A stretch of 64,000 nucleotides of DNA, taken from contig NC_043003.1 of assembly GCF_006345805.1 (NCBI RefSeq), positions 61,690,001 to 61,754,000 of the forward strand, in the 5' to 3' direction. The translations under genes were made by a program, and so were the position numbers. Below are positions 13,077-26,041 of the stretch, one piece after another (the stretch's first letter is position 1; every line of letters begins with the position of its first letter). The notes under the pieces are model-generated. The model did not search any database and was not told the origin of the DNA. It saw only the letters and a program-made list of their open reading frames with translations. This DNA comes from Octopus sinensis (Eukaryota).

Positions 13077-13132
13077 GATGGAGATGAATCAAAAGCATTC
13101 TTGATTCCGAATACATCATACATACTATGGCA
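13077..13132 (+). other. Candidate coding exon of an unidentified host gene (DGDESKAFLIPNTSYILW)
   Basis: tatttcag acceptor, gtaagt donor, a single stop-free frame, non-repetitive context; no homology recognised. Confidence 0.3.
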
Positions 13133-14057
13133 GTAAGTCCGTCCATTCACTCATTCCTGTGCAATATTAAATTATAGAGAAAAATATCTAATCAGTTGTG
13201 CTTTTATCTGTTTGTTTGTTCTTTACCAATACCTCTCTAATTTTTTATAAGAAGTTTTTTTCCACAACAATAAATTAGAGAAAACAAATGGAGAAAACAG
13301 ACTAATTTTGGATATTTTCCGTTTCTAGAAACCTAGACAACATTCAGCTAACATAATTTTTTTCTCTTCCCCAGAAGATAATGTTTAATTGATCAAAAAT
13401 ATCTGCTTTCCTGACAAATATCAAAATATATCTAACAAGTAACAGTTGCTTACACAGACAACTAATAAATAAATGAAATTAACATTCATTGAGAAGACTA
13501 CAGAAGATATAAATATTACAAATGTAATATTTGAAAATGTAGCTAAAGCAAATTCACTTGACATCTATGGTGATAAAATGAAGCAGCTAGAAATATAATC
13601 ACATATGGTCAGAAACAGGCATACGACTATGAAAAACCACACATGGCCATAATCTATATTTTACTGAGAAACACCTAACTTATGGTACAATCGGAACAAT
13701 ATGATAACAGTTGGAAAGCATACCTATAAATAACCAGGTAAATAATGGCTTGGGGCCAAAACAGAAAGAGATGTAACGACTATATTTTTCTTTAATTAAC
13801 AGACATTGTGTGCAAATTTCATTTCCTCATAACACTTCCAATAGAGCAAAACATTCAATATATTTATTTTTATTCCCACTTTGTGTTAAATTAAGAATCT
13901 ATTCGTATGAAGAACATGATGTTTTATACATTGAAAATACTTTAAATATCTATGTGGTCTTTACTTCCAAACAAACAAAATAACATTTCAAATAAAATGT
14001 AATATAAATTCAAAGGAGTGGAAATTTAACAGAGCAATTTATATGGAAAGAATAAAA

Positions 14058-14215
14058 AGGCAGTTGAATGGCAGAATTATTGGACTATCAAACAATTGCC
14101 TTGTGGTATTATTCCGGCTCTTTTGTGTTCTGAGTTCATATTCTGGCCAAGGTCAACTTTGCCTTTCATCTTTCTGGGGTTGATGAAATAAAGTATTTGT
14201 ATAGAAGTTGATTAA
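14058..14215 (+). mobile_element. Meta-domain-like SINE, diverged
   Basis: ggtcaactttgcctttcatctttctggggttgatgaaataaagta. Confidence 0.7.
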
Positions 14216-14488
14216 TCTCTGTCTCTCTCTCTCTCTCAGCTGTACTGTATGAATGAAATAAGGGACTATTCAAAAAACCCCTGTAAAGCAACCACTTCCA
14301 CTATCACACTGGAAGAACACGATTACCAAAGCTTTGACAGAGGGTTCAGTTCCATTGTGCTGCACCATGGCCAAGAGTCTTCTACTGCAGCCTGGGCCAA
14401 CCAACGCCTTGTGAGTGAATTTAGCAGGTTCACTGTGAATGTATGTTTGTGTGTGTGCGTGTGTGTGTATTACAACAAAAATTTTATA

Positions 14489-14550
14489 TAGAGTCACCTA
14501 AGGTTTCACACCCACAAAGCCGGGCCTTGTGGACAGCTCATCAGACTCTA
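14489..14550 (-). ncRNA. Type I hammerhead ribozyme, near complete (cleavage triplet reads GUG)
   Basis: tagagt CTGATGA gc..ccacaagg/ctttgtgg..gt GAAA cc-tta-gg tg actcta; perfect 6-bp stem I. Confidence 0.7.
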
Positions 14551-14764
14551 ATTGAATGCAAAATTTTAAAATATCTATGTTGCAGATGTGGGGAAATGCT
14601 CAGAACTCAAGGAATACGAAAAAAATGTTAATGAGTATGGGTTATTTCCCCTTAATGCGAGGGAAAAAAATCTTTATAGACTCAGAGAGGCCTAACGAGC
14701 TAATGGGGAGATCCAGTTTTCTAGTAAGCAGCGCTTGAAGTGGATATACTTAAAAAACACTTCT

Positions 14765-14902
14765 TTACTTATATTCTTTAAGTATTTTGGTTTGCTCCAC
14801 GATGCAGATTTTGCAACAGCCACTTTCATTAATATACGGGCCTGGATAATCAATTAATTTCCACCTAACATCATACAAGGTCCCTTGATCTTTGAGGTGC
14901 CA
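14765..14902 (-). pseudogene. Penelope-like element GIY-YIG endonuclease C-terminal fragment
   Basis: WHLKDQGTLYDVRWKLIDYPGPYINESGCCKICIVEQTKILKEYK* fits the PLE pattern W.LK....Y.I.W.I.....PY......C.LC..EK..IL. Confidence 0.75.
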
Positions 14903-15034
14903 CACACACACACACATGGTAAATGCTTTTGTTTTTCATTCCCTTTGAAATTGCTCTTAACTGTGGTTTGGACTTTTTGACTGTTCTTTCTAGTATGTTA
15001 GGCAACCTGTTAAGGCTCGCCTCTTTGTACTTAA

Positions 15035-15166
15035 ATGGTTGGCGTTAGGAAGGGCATCCAGCTGTAGAAACACTGCCAGATCTGACTGGCCTGGTGCAGC
15101 CTTCGGGCTCCCCAGACCCCAGTTGAACCGTCCAACCCATGCTAGCATGGAAAGCGGACGTTAAAC

Positions 15167-15200
<34 letters not shown>

Positions 15201-15410
15201 TCAGTGTCTTTGTGTTTGTATCCCACACTGCTTGACAACCTCTGTTGGTTTGTTTATGTAACTTAGCAGTTTGGCCCAAAAACAACCGATAAGTACCCCA
15301 AAGTCGAAAAAAATAGGTCCTGGGGTCATTTTGTTAATCTAAAACCCTCCCAGGCAGTGCACCAGCATGGCCACAGTCCAATGAATGAAACAAGTAAAAG
15401 ATAAATGATC
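15035..15410 (+). mobile_element. RTE 3' tip with (GAT)n followed by diverged SINE tail A
   Basis: ggttggcgttaggaagggcatccagctg..ggacgttaaacgatgatg, then cttgacaacc..gaaacaagtaaaag. Confidence 0.8.
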
Positions 15411-15660
15411 CAAATTTGAAAATTTTTTTGAGTTTTTAAGCAAATGGTTTATAAGTGGATGTTTTATTTAACTTGAACTGTCTAACGACAAGATAAAGGA
15501 ATTACACATTTTTCAGCTAGAGAGATCAAATAAATAATGAACATTTGTGTAACAACAAAGTACAATATACCTGTGGAGGTAACATAAACCAAAACCTATG
15601 CATTTTGTAAGTATACTTCTGCTAAAAACAATTCATAGAGCAGAACATAGGCTGTGTCCT

Positions 15661-15870
15661 TTCTTTTCCACTATAAGCACAAGGTTGAAATTTGGGGGGA
15701 GGGGGATAGTCGATTACATTGACCCCAGTGTTTCACTGGTACTTCATTTATTGACTCTGAAAGGATGAAAAGCAAAGTCGACCAAGGTGGAATCTGAACT
15801 CAGAACGTAAAACCAGATGAAATACCGCTAAGCATTTCACCCAGTGTGCTAACAATTCTGCCAGCTTGCC
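15661..15870 (-). mobile_element. Meta-domain-like SINE
   Basis: gtcgattacattgaccccagtg..ggatgaaaagcaaagtcgacc..aataccgctaagcatttc. Confidence 0.8.
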
Positions 15871-17177
15871 GGAACCATGTAGTTGGTAAGCAAGCTACTT
15901 ACCACACAGCCACTCCTATGTTATTTTCTTAGGATATCAGTCTTCATATTTTACGGTAGCATAAAGTTACTTGTTTAAGTGATTTTTTGCTGAAATGTTA
16001 CTTAGACTTGAATTATTGTCACCATCCAATGAAACCAAAAGACAGCTGATATTATTGCAGAATGATTATCCTGCACAGGCAATCAACTGTTTTCCCAATT
16101 TAATTATTCACAATTAATTTCCTCTATTTCTTCATAAGAATTAATATCTACTAGTCAAGTTGTTAACTTATAGTTACAATACTTTTCCTCAAGCCTTCTA
16201 CTCTTTCAAAAAGGAACTTATAATAATCAAGTTATCTCTTATCCCATGACAAAGCATTCAGAAAATTGCTCAGTAAATTCATTGAGTAAACCTATCCAAT
16301 AAACTGTTGTAAATAACCTCTGGTTGTTTCACCCATCTCAAAATGCTGTTCAATTTCAGTCTCTTCAGCACTTATCATTGATACATATCCTCCTTTAAAC
16401 CAGCTTACAACGTTTTCTTTCAATAGCATTTTGTACTGAATATCACTGTTCAACTTTCTCTATTCTCCTTTAATGGATTCTGTTGTCTATGATTTCCTGA
16501 AGAACCCATTTACATCCACAATAGATTTGAAGATAATAATGAATGCCAACTCACTTAAAACCAGTTAAACATAGCTCTGTCCTCAGTAGATACCTAAACA
16601 GGTCAGAGACCAAGCTTCTCTCTTTAAATGTGATAGATCAATATTAAAATGATACAAGAAAACCAAAATCATGCCATTTAACAGAATAACAATCAGACTG
16701 GTAATTACTTCTAACATCGTCAAGTTGGGAAGGATAATTTTATTTCCTAAGAACAGCAGATTCAAAGTATGATTATATGTTGTTCAGAAAGAAATCTGAA
16801 TGGCAGACAAGATGGCATCATCAACTGTACACCTGCAGCATTAAACACAGTGAGAAAATTAACTAAAGACTACGATAGACTGTGAGGTGAGTTGCTTTAT
16901 TGAAGCTGATCCTTGCTATCAGCCAATTAGATAACCATTCCTACTTTATTTTTAATACCATTATTATAAATAAAGTATTGAAGTAATAAATTATTGACAG
17001 GAAAGGATCAAGAATGAAATATTTTTCAATCTCATTAAAAGGTTTGTGTTTTACACACTTTTGAATTTTCTATTCAAATTAGATTTAAAAAATATCTCAC
17101 TAGCAACAAAAAAAAGAATGTCAAAATCAATTTAAGAAAAGAAAAGAAATATACTACACAAACACAAATATATATAT

Positions 17178-17241
<64 letters not shown>

Positions 17242-17278
17242 GCATGTATACACACAGAGGGAGAAAAAGAGAAAGAGT

Positions 17279-17321
<43 letters not shown>

Positions 17322-17734
17322 AACATGAAATAATTAATATTCATCAGAGATTTGTGAAAATGGAGAATAATATTAAATTAAGAATGCAAGTATAATGAAA
17401 CCTTTCAGGAGCATGTAATAAGACAGAACACCTGCTGGTGGGACACGATAGTTCATTAAATAAAGTTATAGCAGCAATTCAGTACAATCCATGTTGTATT
17501 GATTAAAATGTCTGAAACGTAAAGTTGTAAAATACATAAACCTTTTGTTGCACTGTCTTTGCACAAATCCATGCATCACTGACCATAATTCACCCCTGTA
17601 TCCACAGAGCCTTCAAGAGCATGGAACAAAGATTGCACTGACTGGCTTAATCACTATTGAATGTATATGACTTTATTCAAAACCTATGTTATGTTTGTAC
17701 TCTTGTAATCAAGACCAGAAAGGAAAATTTGAAC

Positions 17735-17754
17735 ATCATCATCATCACCATTAC

Positions 17755-17802
<48 letters not shown>

Positions 17803-17930
17803 ATATATTTAAGGTCCTCATCCAACTTGTGCAGACCTAAGTTGGATGACACTTGTTGAAACAGTATTTTACAGCTGGATGCTCTCACTGTCACCAACCC
17901 TGACTTGTTTCCAATTAAGGCACTTATTCT
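17735..17930 (-). mobile_element. (CAT)n plus RTE-like tail fragment
   Basis: (cat)n then ttttacagctggatgctctcactgtcaccaaccctgacttgtttcc. Confidence 0.6.
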
Positions 17931-18215
17931 TTCAATTGTTCAACAGACTGCCCAACAGCTAGACATATTTTTTTTATAGGTGTAAATAATTCTTTCTATT
18001 TTTGGAACAAAGTCAATTACAACAACCCCAGTTCTGAACTAATACTTATTTCATTGACCTTCAAATACTGAAAGGTAAAGTTGACCATACCAGCATTTGA
18101 ACTCAGAGACAAAGTGCCAGAAGAAACGCTGCTAAGCTCTAATAAGTCTGCCAGTTAGCCAACTTGACAGCAAATATAAATAATGACACCACTTATCATA
18201 AACAATGTTAAAACA

Positions 18216-18246
<31 letters not shown>

Positions 18247-18418
18247 TGTGATTATCTTTCACCATCTTAGAAAAGAGTGGCAACCGAAACTTAACGAGTC
18301 ATTTCTACAATAAAACTCGTTAATTTGATTCACATTTGAAGCTGCGAAAAGCCATGCAATCTAATCATGGATCTAATCAAACACTGAAACAAAAGAAATG
18401 GATATGATTATCATGTGT

Positions 18419-18482
18419 ACTACTACTACTACTACTACCACTACCACGACGACTACTACTACTACTACCACTACCACTACTA

Positions 18483-18521
<39 letters not shown>

Positions 18522-18930
18522 TGTCGTTGCCATCATCATCATCTTCATTCTACTGTCTGTATATCTCACAATTGCATGGGCTGCACAAAGTTTGTTCAGG
18601 CAGATTTTCTGCAGCCAGGTACCCTTCTTGTCACCAACTCTTACCAGTTTCCAAGCAAGGTAATATTTCCTTATGGCCAGACAGGTTTATGCAGAGCAGT
18701 GGAAATGAATGATTCTGTTGTATGACAGTGACATTCATTTACAACCATCCTCCAACAATGTCAAGATAAACACACACACACACACAATGGGCTTCTTTTA
18801 TTTTCCATCTACCAAATCCACTCACAAGGCTTTGGTCTTCTACAGTAGGAGACAACTGTCCAAAGTGTCACACAGGACTGAGCCTAGAACCATAAAATCA
18901 GGAAGCAAGTTTCTGAACCATGCAACTATG
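18419..18930 (-). mobile_element. Bipartite SINE (head + tail B) with expanded (TAC/CAC)n tail
   Basis: Tail B at 18525-18770, CA hinge, reverse head at 18785-18930. Confidence 0.7.
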
Positions 18931-21099
18931 CAAGTGCCCTTACACACACACACACACATTTATTACATATATATATATAAATATATATATAGATATAGAT
19001 ATAGGGTGAAATATAATTAATTTAATAAAATCAACAAATTTCACCTAGTAGTATTTCGGTATGTCTGTGGAGACTTATTTTTGTCGTAAAAGGAAATAGT
19101 AGTCTTTTGGCTGCTATTTCTAAAATTTTCGGTATGTGGTTAAGCAACTTGTAGCAAAAAACCCTTATTATTATAATTATATATATATATATATATATAT
19201 TCAATGTATGCCACTGATTACCAACAATCTAATAATAATTTTCTAAAGTTTCACTTGAAACTGAAATTATTTTGGCAATGACAAAGCATAAGGATATTTT
19301 TCTGAGGAGGAAATATATTTACCAAAAACCCAATTTGTTACTTATTTTACCAACACTGGCCAAAGTCAACCATAGTAAAAAATGAAGTCAATTTAGTATC
19401 ATGCTGAACTAAAGAAGATAATACATTATATTCCTAATGTTTCAACCAACTTAATTAGCCTTCTTAATTTTTTTAGTTGGAAATTTTCCCAACTACATCT
19501 AAGTATATAAATGTATCTCTATCTTGCATTCTAATCCTCTTTACAATGACCCAGATAAGTTAAGCAGTTGTTTATTTCTTTCTTTCTTTCTTTCTTTTTT
19601 TTTCAAATATATAACCACAGATGTTTCTCTGACTGAAATATCTGATCTGCCAACATATTTTCTTAACCTTTTCAATAACCTACCTAAGACCACCTCTGGC
19701 TCTATGACACAAATACTTCAATTACATGCAAGAACCTTTTGTTATGTTACAAACACCATCTCAATAAGGAAAAAACCAGTTGTTGTCTCATCAAATCTCT
19801 AGAAAATTTTGATTATTTTCAAAATTAATTACAATACAAGGAGAGTATATTTCATTAGACATATGTAACAAGTGATTTAAAAAATTATTCGTAAATCTCT
19901 TCTCAACTGTAGGAGGCATCCTCAACAATGCAGCATTAAGTAGTTCTAACTAATCTATCACTGCTTGTTATTAAAATGTTAATAGAATAAGCAATGAAAT
20001 GATTGCCAATTTTTCGAATCTCTGAAAAGATACAATAAAGAGAAAAAAAAAAAAATTTCCTCTTAAGTATCAGATCTAAATATTGTTACTACTTAGGTTT
20101 ACATTCAATTTTAATTTGTCCACTTAAAAAGACTTTTTCATTTACAAACAATAACTCAAATGTTGCCAATTATTGTCAAAGAACATCACTCTTCTTTAAA
20201 AGGTCTCTTCAATTTTCAATGACAAAGTTGCCATCAAAAATACTAATACAGCCTACAACACTGTAAATCAATAAGTTCAGTTTCAATTCTAATTATCAGA
20301 GCAGTTACAAAAATCACACCTTCAATTTTAGAACAACATAATTTATTGACACATAAATTATCAACACATAAATTATTAATGCAATTAAGTGAATACTTTT
20401 GCATGTGTATTTTTTTTTGTTTTTTTTTTTCTTTTTTATATCTGTACTCAACACAAATATTATACAATTACTAATTCTAACAAACCTGAAGCAAGAGTTA
20501 TTAATACTAATGAATCATTTCTCTATTTTCACCCTTTTTTGTTCTTTTTTGCTTCGCTTTTCAATTCTTTTTAGAAAAATATGATTAACCTTCAAAGTAG
20601 CATTAAACAAATTAGAATTCAAAAATTAGCGATTAGCTTTCAACATATATATTGTCTACATTTAATCTTAATCAGTGCAGTATCTTAATTTAGCTATGAA
20701 CTAGTAAGCTAGTATTTACCATCTCCACTGGCACTGCCAAACTCAATTCATCTATTAAATTAAAGAATTGTACATTAAATCTGTAAATCTCTAATTGGTA
20801 CTTTGCTACAGGGAATTAATTGTAAACTGGATTGGAATATCAGTTCTAGATTTTCTTTATGAGTTTGCACTAATGACTCCCTTCTGATGTTGTCTTCATT
20901 AAGATCAAACAACATTGAGCATACACCATAAAAGCTTTGCTGTATTTTTACATTTCAAAGTAACAGATTCTGTTTCTTCAGTTACACTAAAAAAAGGTTG
21001 ATACCTTTGCACTTCTCTAATAAAGAACTTTTTAAATGAAATATCAGTTTTAAGCTTTTGGCTCTATGACTCAAACAAAATCTTCAGTTAGCTGCAGCA

Positions 21100-21555
21100 G
21101 CATCATCATCATCATCATCACTGTTGTCATTGTTCATCATCATCATATCATCATCACCACCATCATCATCACCATCATCATCACCATCATCACCATCACC
21201 ACTATCACCACCATCACTACCACCATCACCACGACTACTACCACCATCACCACTACCACCACCATCACCACCATCACCACCACCACCATCACCACTACCA
21301 CCACCATCACCACCATCACCATCACTGCTTTAACGTCCACTATTTCATGCTCGCATGGGCCAGGCTGAGTTTGTGGAAACAAATTTTCTACAACCAAGTG
21401 CCCTTCTTTCTGACAGTCCTCGCCTGTTTCTAAGCTAAGTAATACTCCCCATAGCCAGACATGTTTTTCCCAGAACACTGGAAATGAACAAGTTTGCTTA
21501 CATGACACTGATGCTCATTTACAACCATCATGTGATGTCTAGACAAGAGTACATG
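21100..21555 (-). mobile_element. Tail B element with a ~230 bp (CAT/CAC)n tail
   Basis: tttaacgtccactatttcatgctcgcatggg..gtgcccttc..ccagacatgtttt directly follows the microsatellite. Confidence 0.75.
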
Positions 21556-21881
21556 CAAACATATTTACTCACATATGTACATATATGTATGTGGTGCATA
21601 TATGTAAAAAGCATTAGTGATGGTGCCTGGTAAACAGCACTGGTACCACATAAAATGCACTAGCACTGGTTCTACATAGAAAGCAATGGCACTGGTGCCA
21701 TGTAAAAGGCACCCAGTATGCTCTGTAAAGAGATTGATGTTAAGAAGGCTGGGCAACTCTGGCAGTTTATGTAAAGGAAAAAATGATAAACTAAGAGTGT
21801 GCAGACTTTTCAAATATATATTTACATTGTATTTTTTCTTACTGAACGTTTTTTTGTTTTCTTTCACTGACCACAGAGTTT

Positions 21882-22067
21882 TTATGTTTCATTAATGAAC
21901 TTGTCTTTTGATGCATGTGGCATTATCTCCTCCGGAGTCATTGGTAACTCTTGTACAATGTTCCACATTATGTGTTTAATTTCCCCTTTGGCTCTTAGGG
22001 CTGCTATTACTGTGTCCTCGAATGGCTTGCCAATTCTGGGTATTAACCTGGATAGGCCATCAGCATG
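21882..22067 (-). pseudogene. Gypsy pol fragment (RNase H to integrase linker)
   Basis: HADGLSRLIPRIGKPFEDTVIAALRAKGEIKHIMWNIVQELPMTPEEI; ADGLSR is the typical end of Gypsy RNase H. Confidence 0.75.
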
Positions 22068-22070
22068 TAC

Positions 22071-22640
22071 ATAGGGAAAATGATGTACGGAGTTAAAAGC
22101 AGAAAAGGTATTGAAAAAGGGGCACAGAAACCAATTGAAGATGAGAGTCATAGAAAATGAACCAGACAGATTGGAAGAACCTATGGAAAGGCTGTATGGC
22201 ACATTCGTGGTACCAGCACTGTTACAGGTGGCTGAACCCATGCAAGGAAGAACACAGAGTTCCTACAAATAGATGCCAAAAAGAAAAAATATTAAGCTGC
22301 AAAAAAAATACTGAAACGGGAGGTGGGGTGAATAAGGTAAAATAAAACTACTTGCTTCCCCCCCCCAAAAAAAAAAACCTAAAAGGGGAGATGTAGTGAA
22401 AATGGTACTCTCTTTATCACATAATAAAGTGGTAATGCCACTGTAATATCAGATAGTCAGTCATTGTAGCAGGTCAATGGTAGTAGAGTCATCATACGAG
22501 TTCTCAGTTGGAGTCAGTGTCAGTTATGTGATGTATATGAGTTTGAGTTACCATCAAGGTTGATGTTTGTAAAGTCATTGTCTTGCGGAGCTATCAGTGA
22601 CAGCACGATTGACAAGTCAAAGATAATAAGAGGCAGAATA
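22071..22640 (+). mobile_element. Gypsy integrase C-terminus, PPT and start of 3' LTR
   Basis: IGKMMYGVKSRKGIEK/HRNQLKMR..EEPME..IDAKRKKY* (stop 22293-22295); aaaaggggaga at 22381-22391 followed by TGTAGTG. Confidence 0.65.
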
Positions 22641-22642
22641 CC

Positions 22643-22782
22643 CTTTTCTTCTCTAGGCACAAGGGCGGAAATTTTGGGGGTGGGGTCCAGTCGATTAGAT
22701 CAACCCCAGTACACCACTGGTACTTAATTTTTATCAACCACGAAAGGACGAAAGGCAAAGTCAATCTTGGCGGAATTTGAAA
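22643..22782 (-). mobile_element. Meta-domain-like SINE, truncated
   Basis: tctaggcacaagg..gtcgattagatcaaccccag..aaggcaaagtcaatcttggcggaatttgaa. Confidence 0.8.
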
Positions 22783-23195
22783 TTAGGGGCACAATACTGC
22801 CACAGCATAACAGTGGTGACAACAACATGCAAGTGGGCAAGGATTCACATTATAACAATATATATGATGGAGTCTCCCATCAAAGATGATATATGAACAA
22901 TCAGCTTTTACCTAACAACCTGCACAAATGCTTGGTTTATAGCGATTAAATGCATGTGCTATATATGTTAGCTCACTCTCCCCATCAAATGACTGTTTTC
23001 TGAACAAGTGCACACTTACCACACATCAGATGTCAAAGTAATCACAGAGCAAAGTGTGATGAAGTGTTTTGCTCAAGAACACAATGCACTACTCAGTCTA
23101 GGAATTGAAACCACAATCTAACAATCATGAGTGCAACACCCTAACCACTAGGCCATGTGTCATATATATATATATATATATAATATATATATATA

Positions 23196-23590
23196 GGTGC
23201 AGGTATGGTTGTGTAGTAAGAAGCTTGCTTCCCAACCACATGGTTCCGAGTTCAGTTCCATTGCGTGGCACCTTGGGCAAGTGTCTTCTACTACAGTGTT
23301 GGGCCAACTGAAGCCTTGTGAGTATATTTGGTAAATGGAAACTGAAAGAAGCTCATTGTATATATAATGTATATATTCATGTGCATGTGTCTGCGCTTGT
23401 CCCCCCCACCACAATTACTTGACAACTGATATTGGTGCGTTACGTCCCTGAAACTTAGTGGTTCGGCAAAAGAAACCAACAGAATAAGTATTAGGCTTAC
23501 AAAAAATAAGTCCTGGGGTCAATTTCTTTGACTAAAGGCCGTGTTCCAGCATGGCCTCAGTCAAATGACTGAAACAAGTAAAAGAATAAA
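23196..23590 (+). mobile_element. Head+tail A SINE, full length
   Basis: Matches the family consensus. Confidence 0.88.
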
Positions 23591-23613
23591 TCAATATACG
23601 TACATACATACAT

Positions 23614-23656
<43 letters not shown>

Positions 23657-24779
23657 TATATAAATATACACACACACATATATATCTGCTACTATCTACT
23701 TTCACAAAGAAAAAGAGAGAGAGAGAGGGCAAGAGAGAGAGAGAAAGAGAGACAGAGACAGACAGACAGACAGACAGAAAAAAGTAAAATGTCCCACCTA
23801 TTTGAAGACTATAGAAATATTTACAAAACATTTCATTTAATTTTTTTCTTCAATATAATTGGGGTTTTTTTAATTCACACCCACCATTGTTTTACTCTTA
23901 GTTGAAGAAGTCGAAAAAAACTGAAACCAGTACGAACCATTACAAAATGTATTTCATGATAAAATTATGTTAGCATTTTCTAACTTGTCTTTTTTCCTTA
24001 TACATATCACTCATGTGTCTCTTTTTAACATTCCACACACACACACACACACACACATATGTATGTATAATATGTATAACTACACACACATACACACATA
24101 TAGACAGCTGCTGCTTGTGTGTGCATCTGAGTGTTCATTTATGTGCGTACACGTACTCTCCTTTTGTCAATGTATATCAGAGAAAGAGGGAAACAAAGCA
24201 AGGAAACCAAAAAGACTAGTACTTTTGAAAGATGTCTCTTGTGATACTTATTCCAGGCATTCCTTTGTCACTAATGACATAAATAATGCAACAAACCAGT
24301 GACTGACACATCGGAAACTTGTAACCAACAATGCCCATCACTAGCAATATAAAATAAAATAAATGAAGCAAAACCATAAAGTGACGCTACATCTTATCTG
24401 AAGTAGTTTCTGTATATGATCCAGTCTTATTTATATGGATATCTGAATGGTGAAAGAATTTGACTATCTGTATATGGTTTCCAAGTTAACCATTTCATGA
24501 TTATAGTTTGGAGTAAATATTTGGACAAAGGGTTTTAACCCCTTTCTTACCATATTTCTTATGAAATACTTCATTTAAATCAAAGATAGCAGCAGGTGAT
24601 CTGTGGCCAACAAGAAAACTTCAGCGGTGTTCGCCATGAGGCATGAATTTTTTTAATAACGTTTTTCAGTACTTTTCCAGCTATTGTCACCCATTCTCAT
24701 TGGATGTGGAGAGGCCATGTGTCTCATGTGTAGCAAGAAACCTGGGTTTGTCTATCATACTTTAGCTGTGCTTGAAGAG

Positions 24780-25168
24780 ACCTACTGAGTCAAGTACATC
24801 AAGATCAAAATAAAAATCAAATGGAAATTCTAGTTGTGATACCCGTGCCGGTGACACATAAAAAGCACCATCTGAACATGGCTGATGCCAGCGCTGCCTT
24901 CATTGGCTTCCGTGCTGGTGGCACGTAAAAAGCACCAACCAATTGTGGCTGTTGCCAGCCTCCCCTGGTCCCTGTGCCGGTGGCATGTAAAAAGCACTCA
25001 CTACACTCACAGAGTGGTTGGTATTAAGAAGGGCATCCAGCTGGAGAAACACTGCCAGATCAGACAGGAGCCTGGTGCAACCTCCTGGCTTGTCAGACCC
25101 CGGTCGAACTGGCCAACCCATGCTAGCATGGAAAACGGATGTTAAACGATGATGATGATGATGATGAC
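24780..25168 (+). mobile_element. RTE 3' UTR copy with two VNTR units and (GAT)n
   Basis: taaaaagcaccatc.. units; aagggcatccagctg; ccatgctagcatgg. Confidence 0.82.
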
Positions 25169-25831
25169 TTTAGCCTTTCAACACCTTGCATAAGAACTCA
25201 CTTCCTCTCTCTCAAGTACACTCTCATTCAGTTTTTTTCATTTCCTTTCAATATTTTGTCTTACATGTTACTTGGTGATCTCACTAGTGCCAGTGTCACA
25301 AAAGAGAAAAGCACCAAGAACACACTGTAAAATGGTTGGCATTAGAAAGGACATCCAGTCATAAAAACTAAGCCAAAACTGACACAGCTCAGCAGCCCAT
25401 CAGATCCTGTCAAACTAGCAAACCCAAGCCAGCAAGCATGGGAAACAGACACAGAATGATGACGACAACGACAACCACAATGACAACGACGATGAGGATG
25501 ATGATGATGAAGAATGTATCTGTGAGACACTGAGCATTTGATGGCTTTTTAGGAAGTCATTTGTGTCACAGTTTGTTTCTCATTTACTTAAGCATTGGCA
25601 ATGATGGAAATGGGGCAAAACATGGAGATATTTCTTACATGTAAGATCTAGTACATTATACATGAGGGCTATAGGCAAATGTAACAATATCAAAAGTAGA
25701 CAAAAGGAAGTTACTGATGTCTAGTCTAAGTATTTCAATTAATTTTGAACACTATCAAGAATTCAGAAGGGTTTAGTAAAACAATTATTTAAACCAGAAG
25801 TTCTGATTTAAAACTACGGATAGGATTTTAA

Positions 25832-26041
25832 TTTAAACTTTAACATTTAAACTGATCATATCCGGCACAAATATTTTACCTGTTTTATTTTCAAACAAGC
25901 CAGATCCAGCCTTTCATACCTACTTTACAATGTCACTTAAAAATATATAATCACATCATCAAAATCTGAAAGCTATGAAATAAGGCATTTGAATAAAAAA
26001 GCATTACATTTGACAGAGTAAACTGAATGCTAAAAGGTTAG
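25832..26041. mobile_element. piggyBac-like MITE (TTAA-CCC/GGG-TTAA type ends, degenerate)
   Basis: tttaacatttaaac..atatccgg..gccagatcc..gaatgctaaaaggtta; related to 45637-45822. Confidence 0.55.

Noticed and set aside
19000-19100. TA-associated element with cgaaatac on the minus strand
   Set aside because: No CUGANGA core found
19524-19802. 92-aa ORF as an exon
   Set aside because: It overlaps a ttaacc-started MITE-like sequence also seen near 47600
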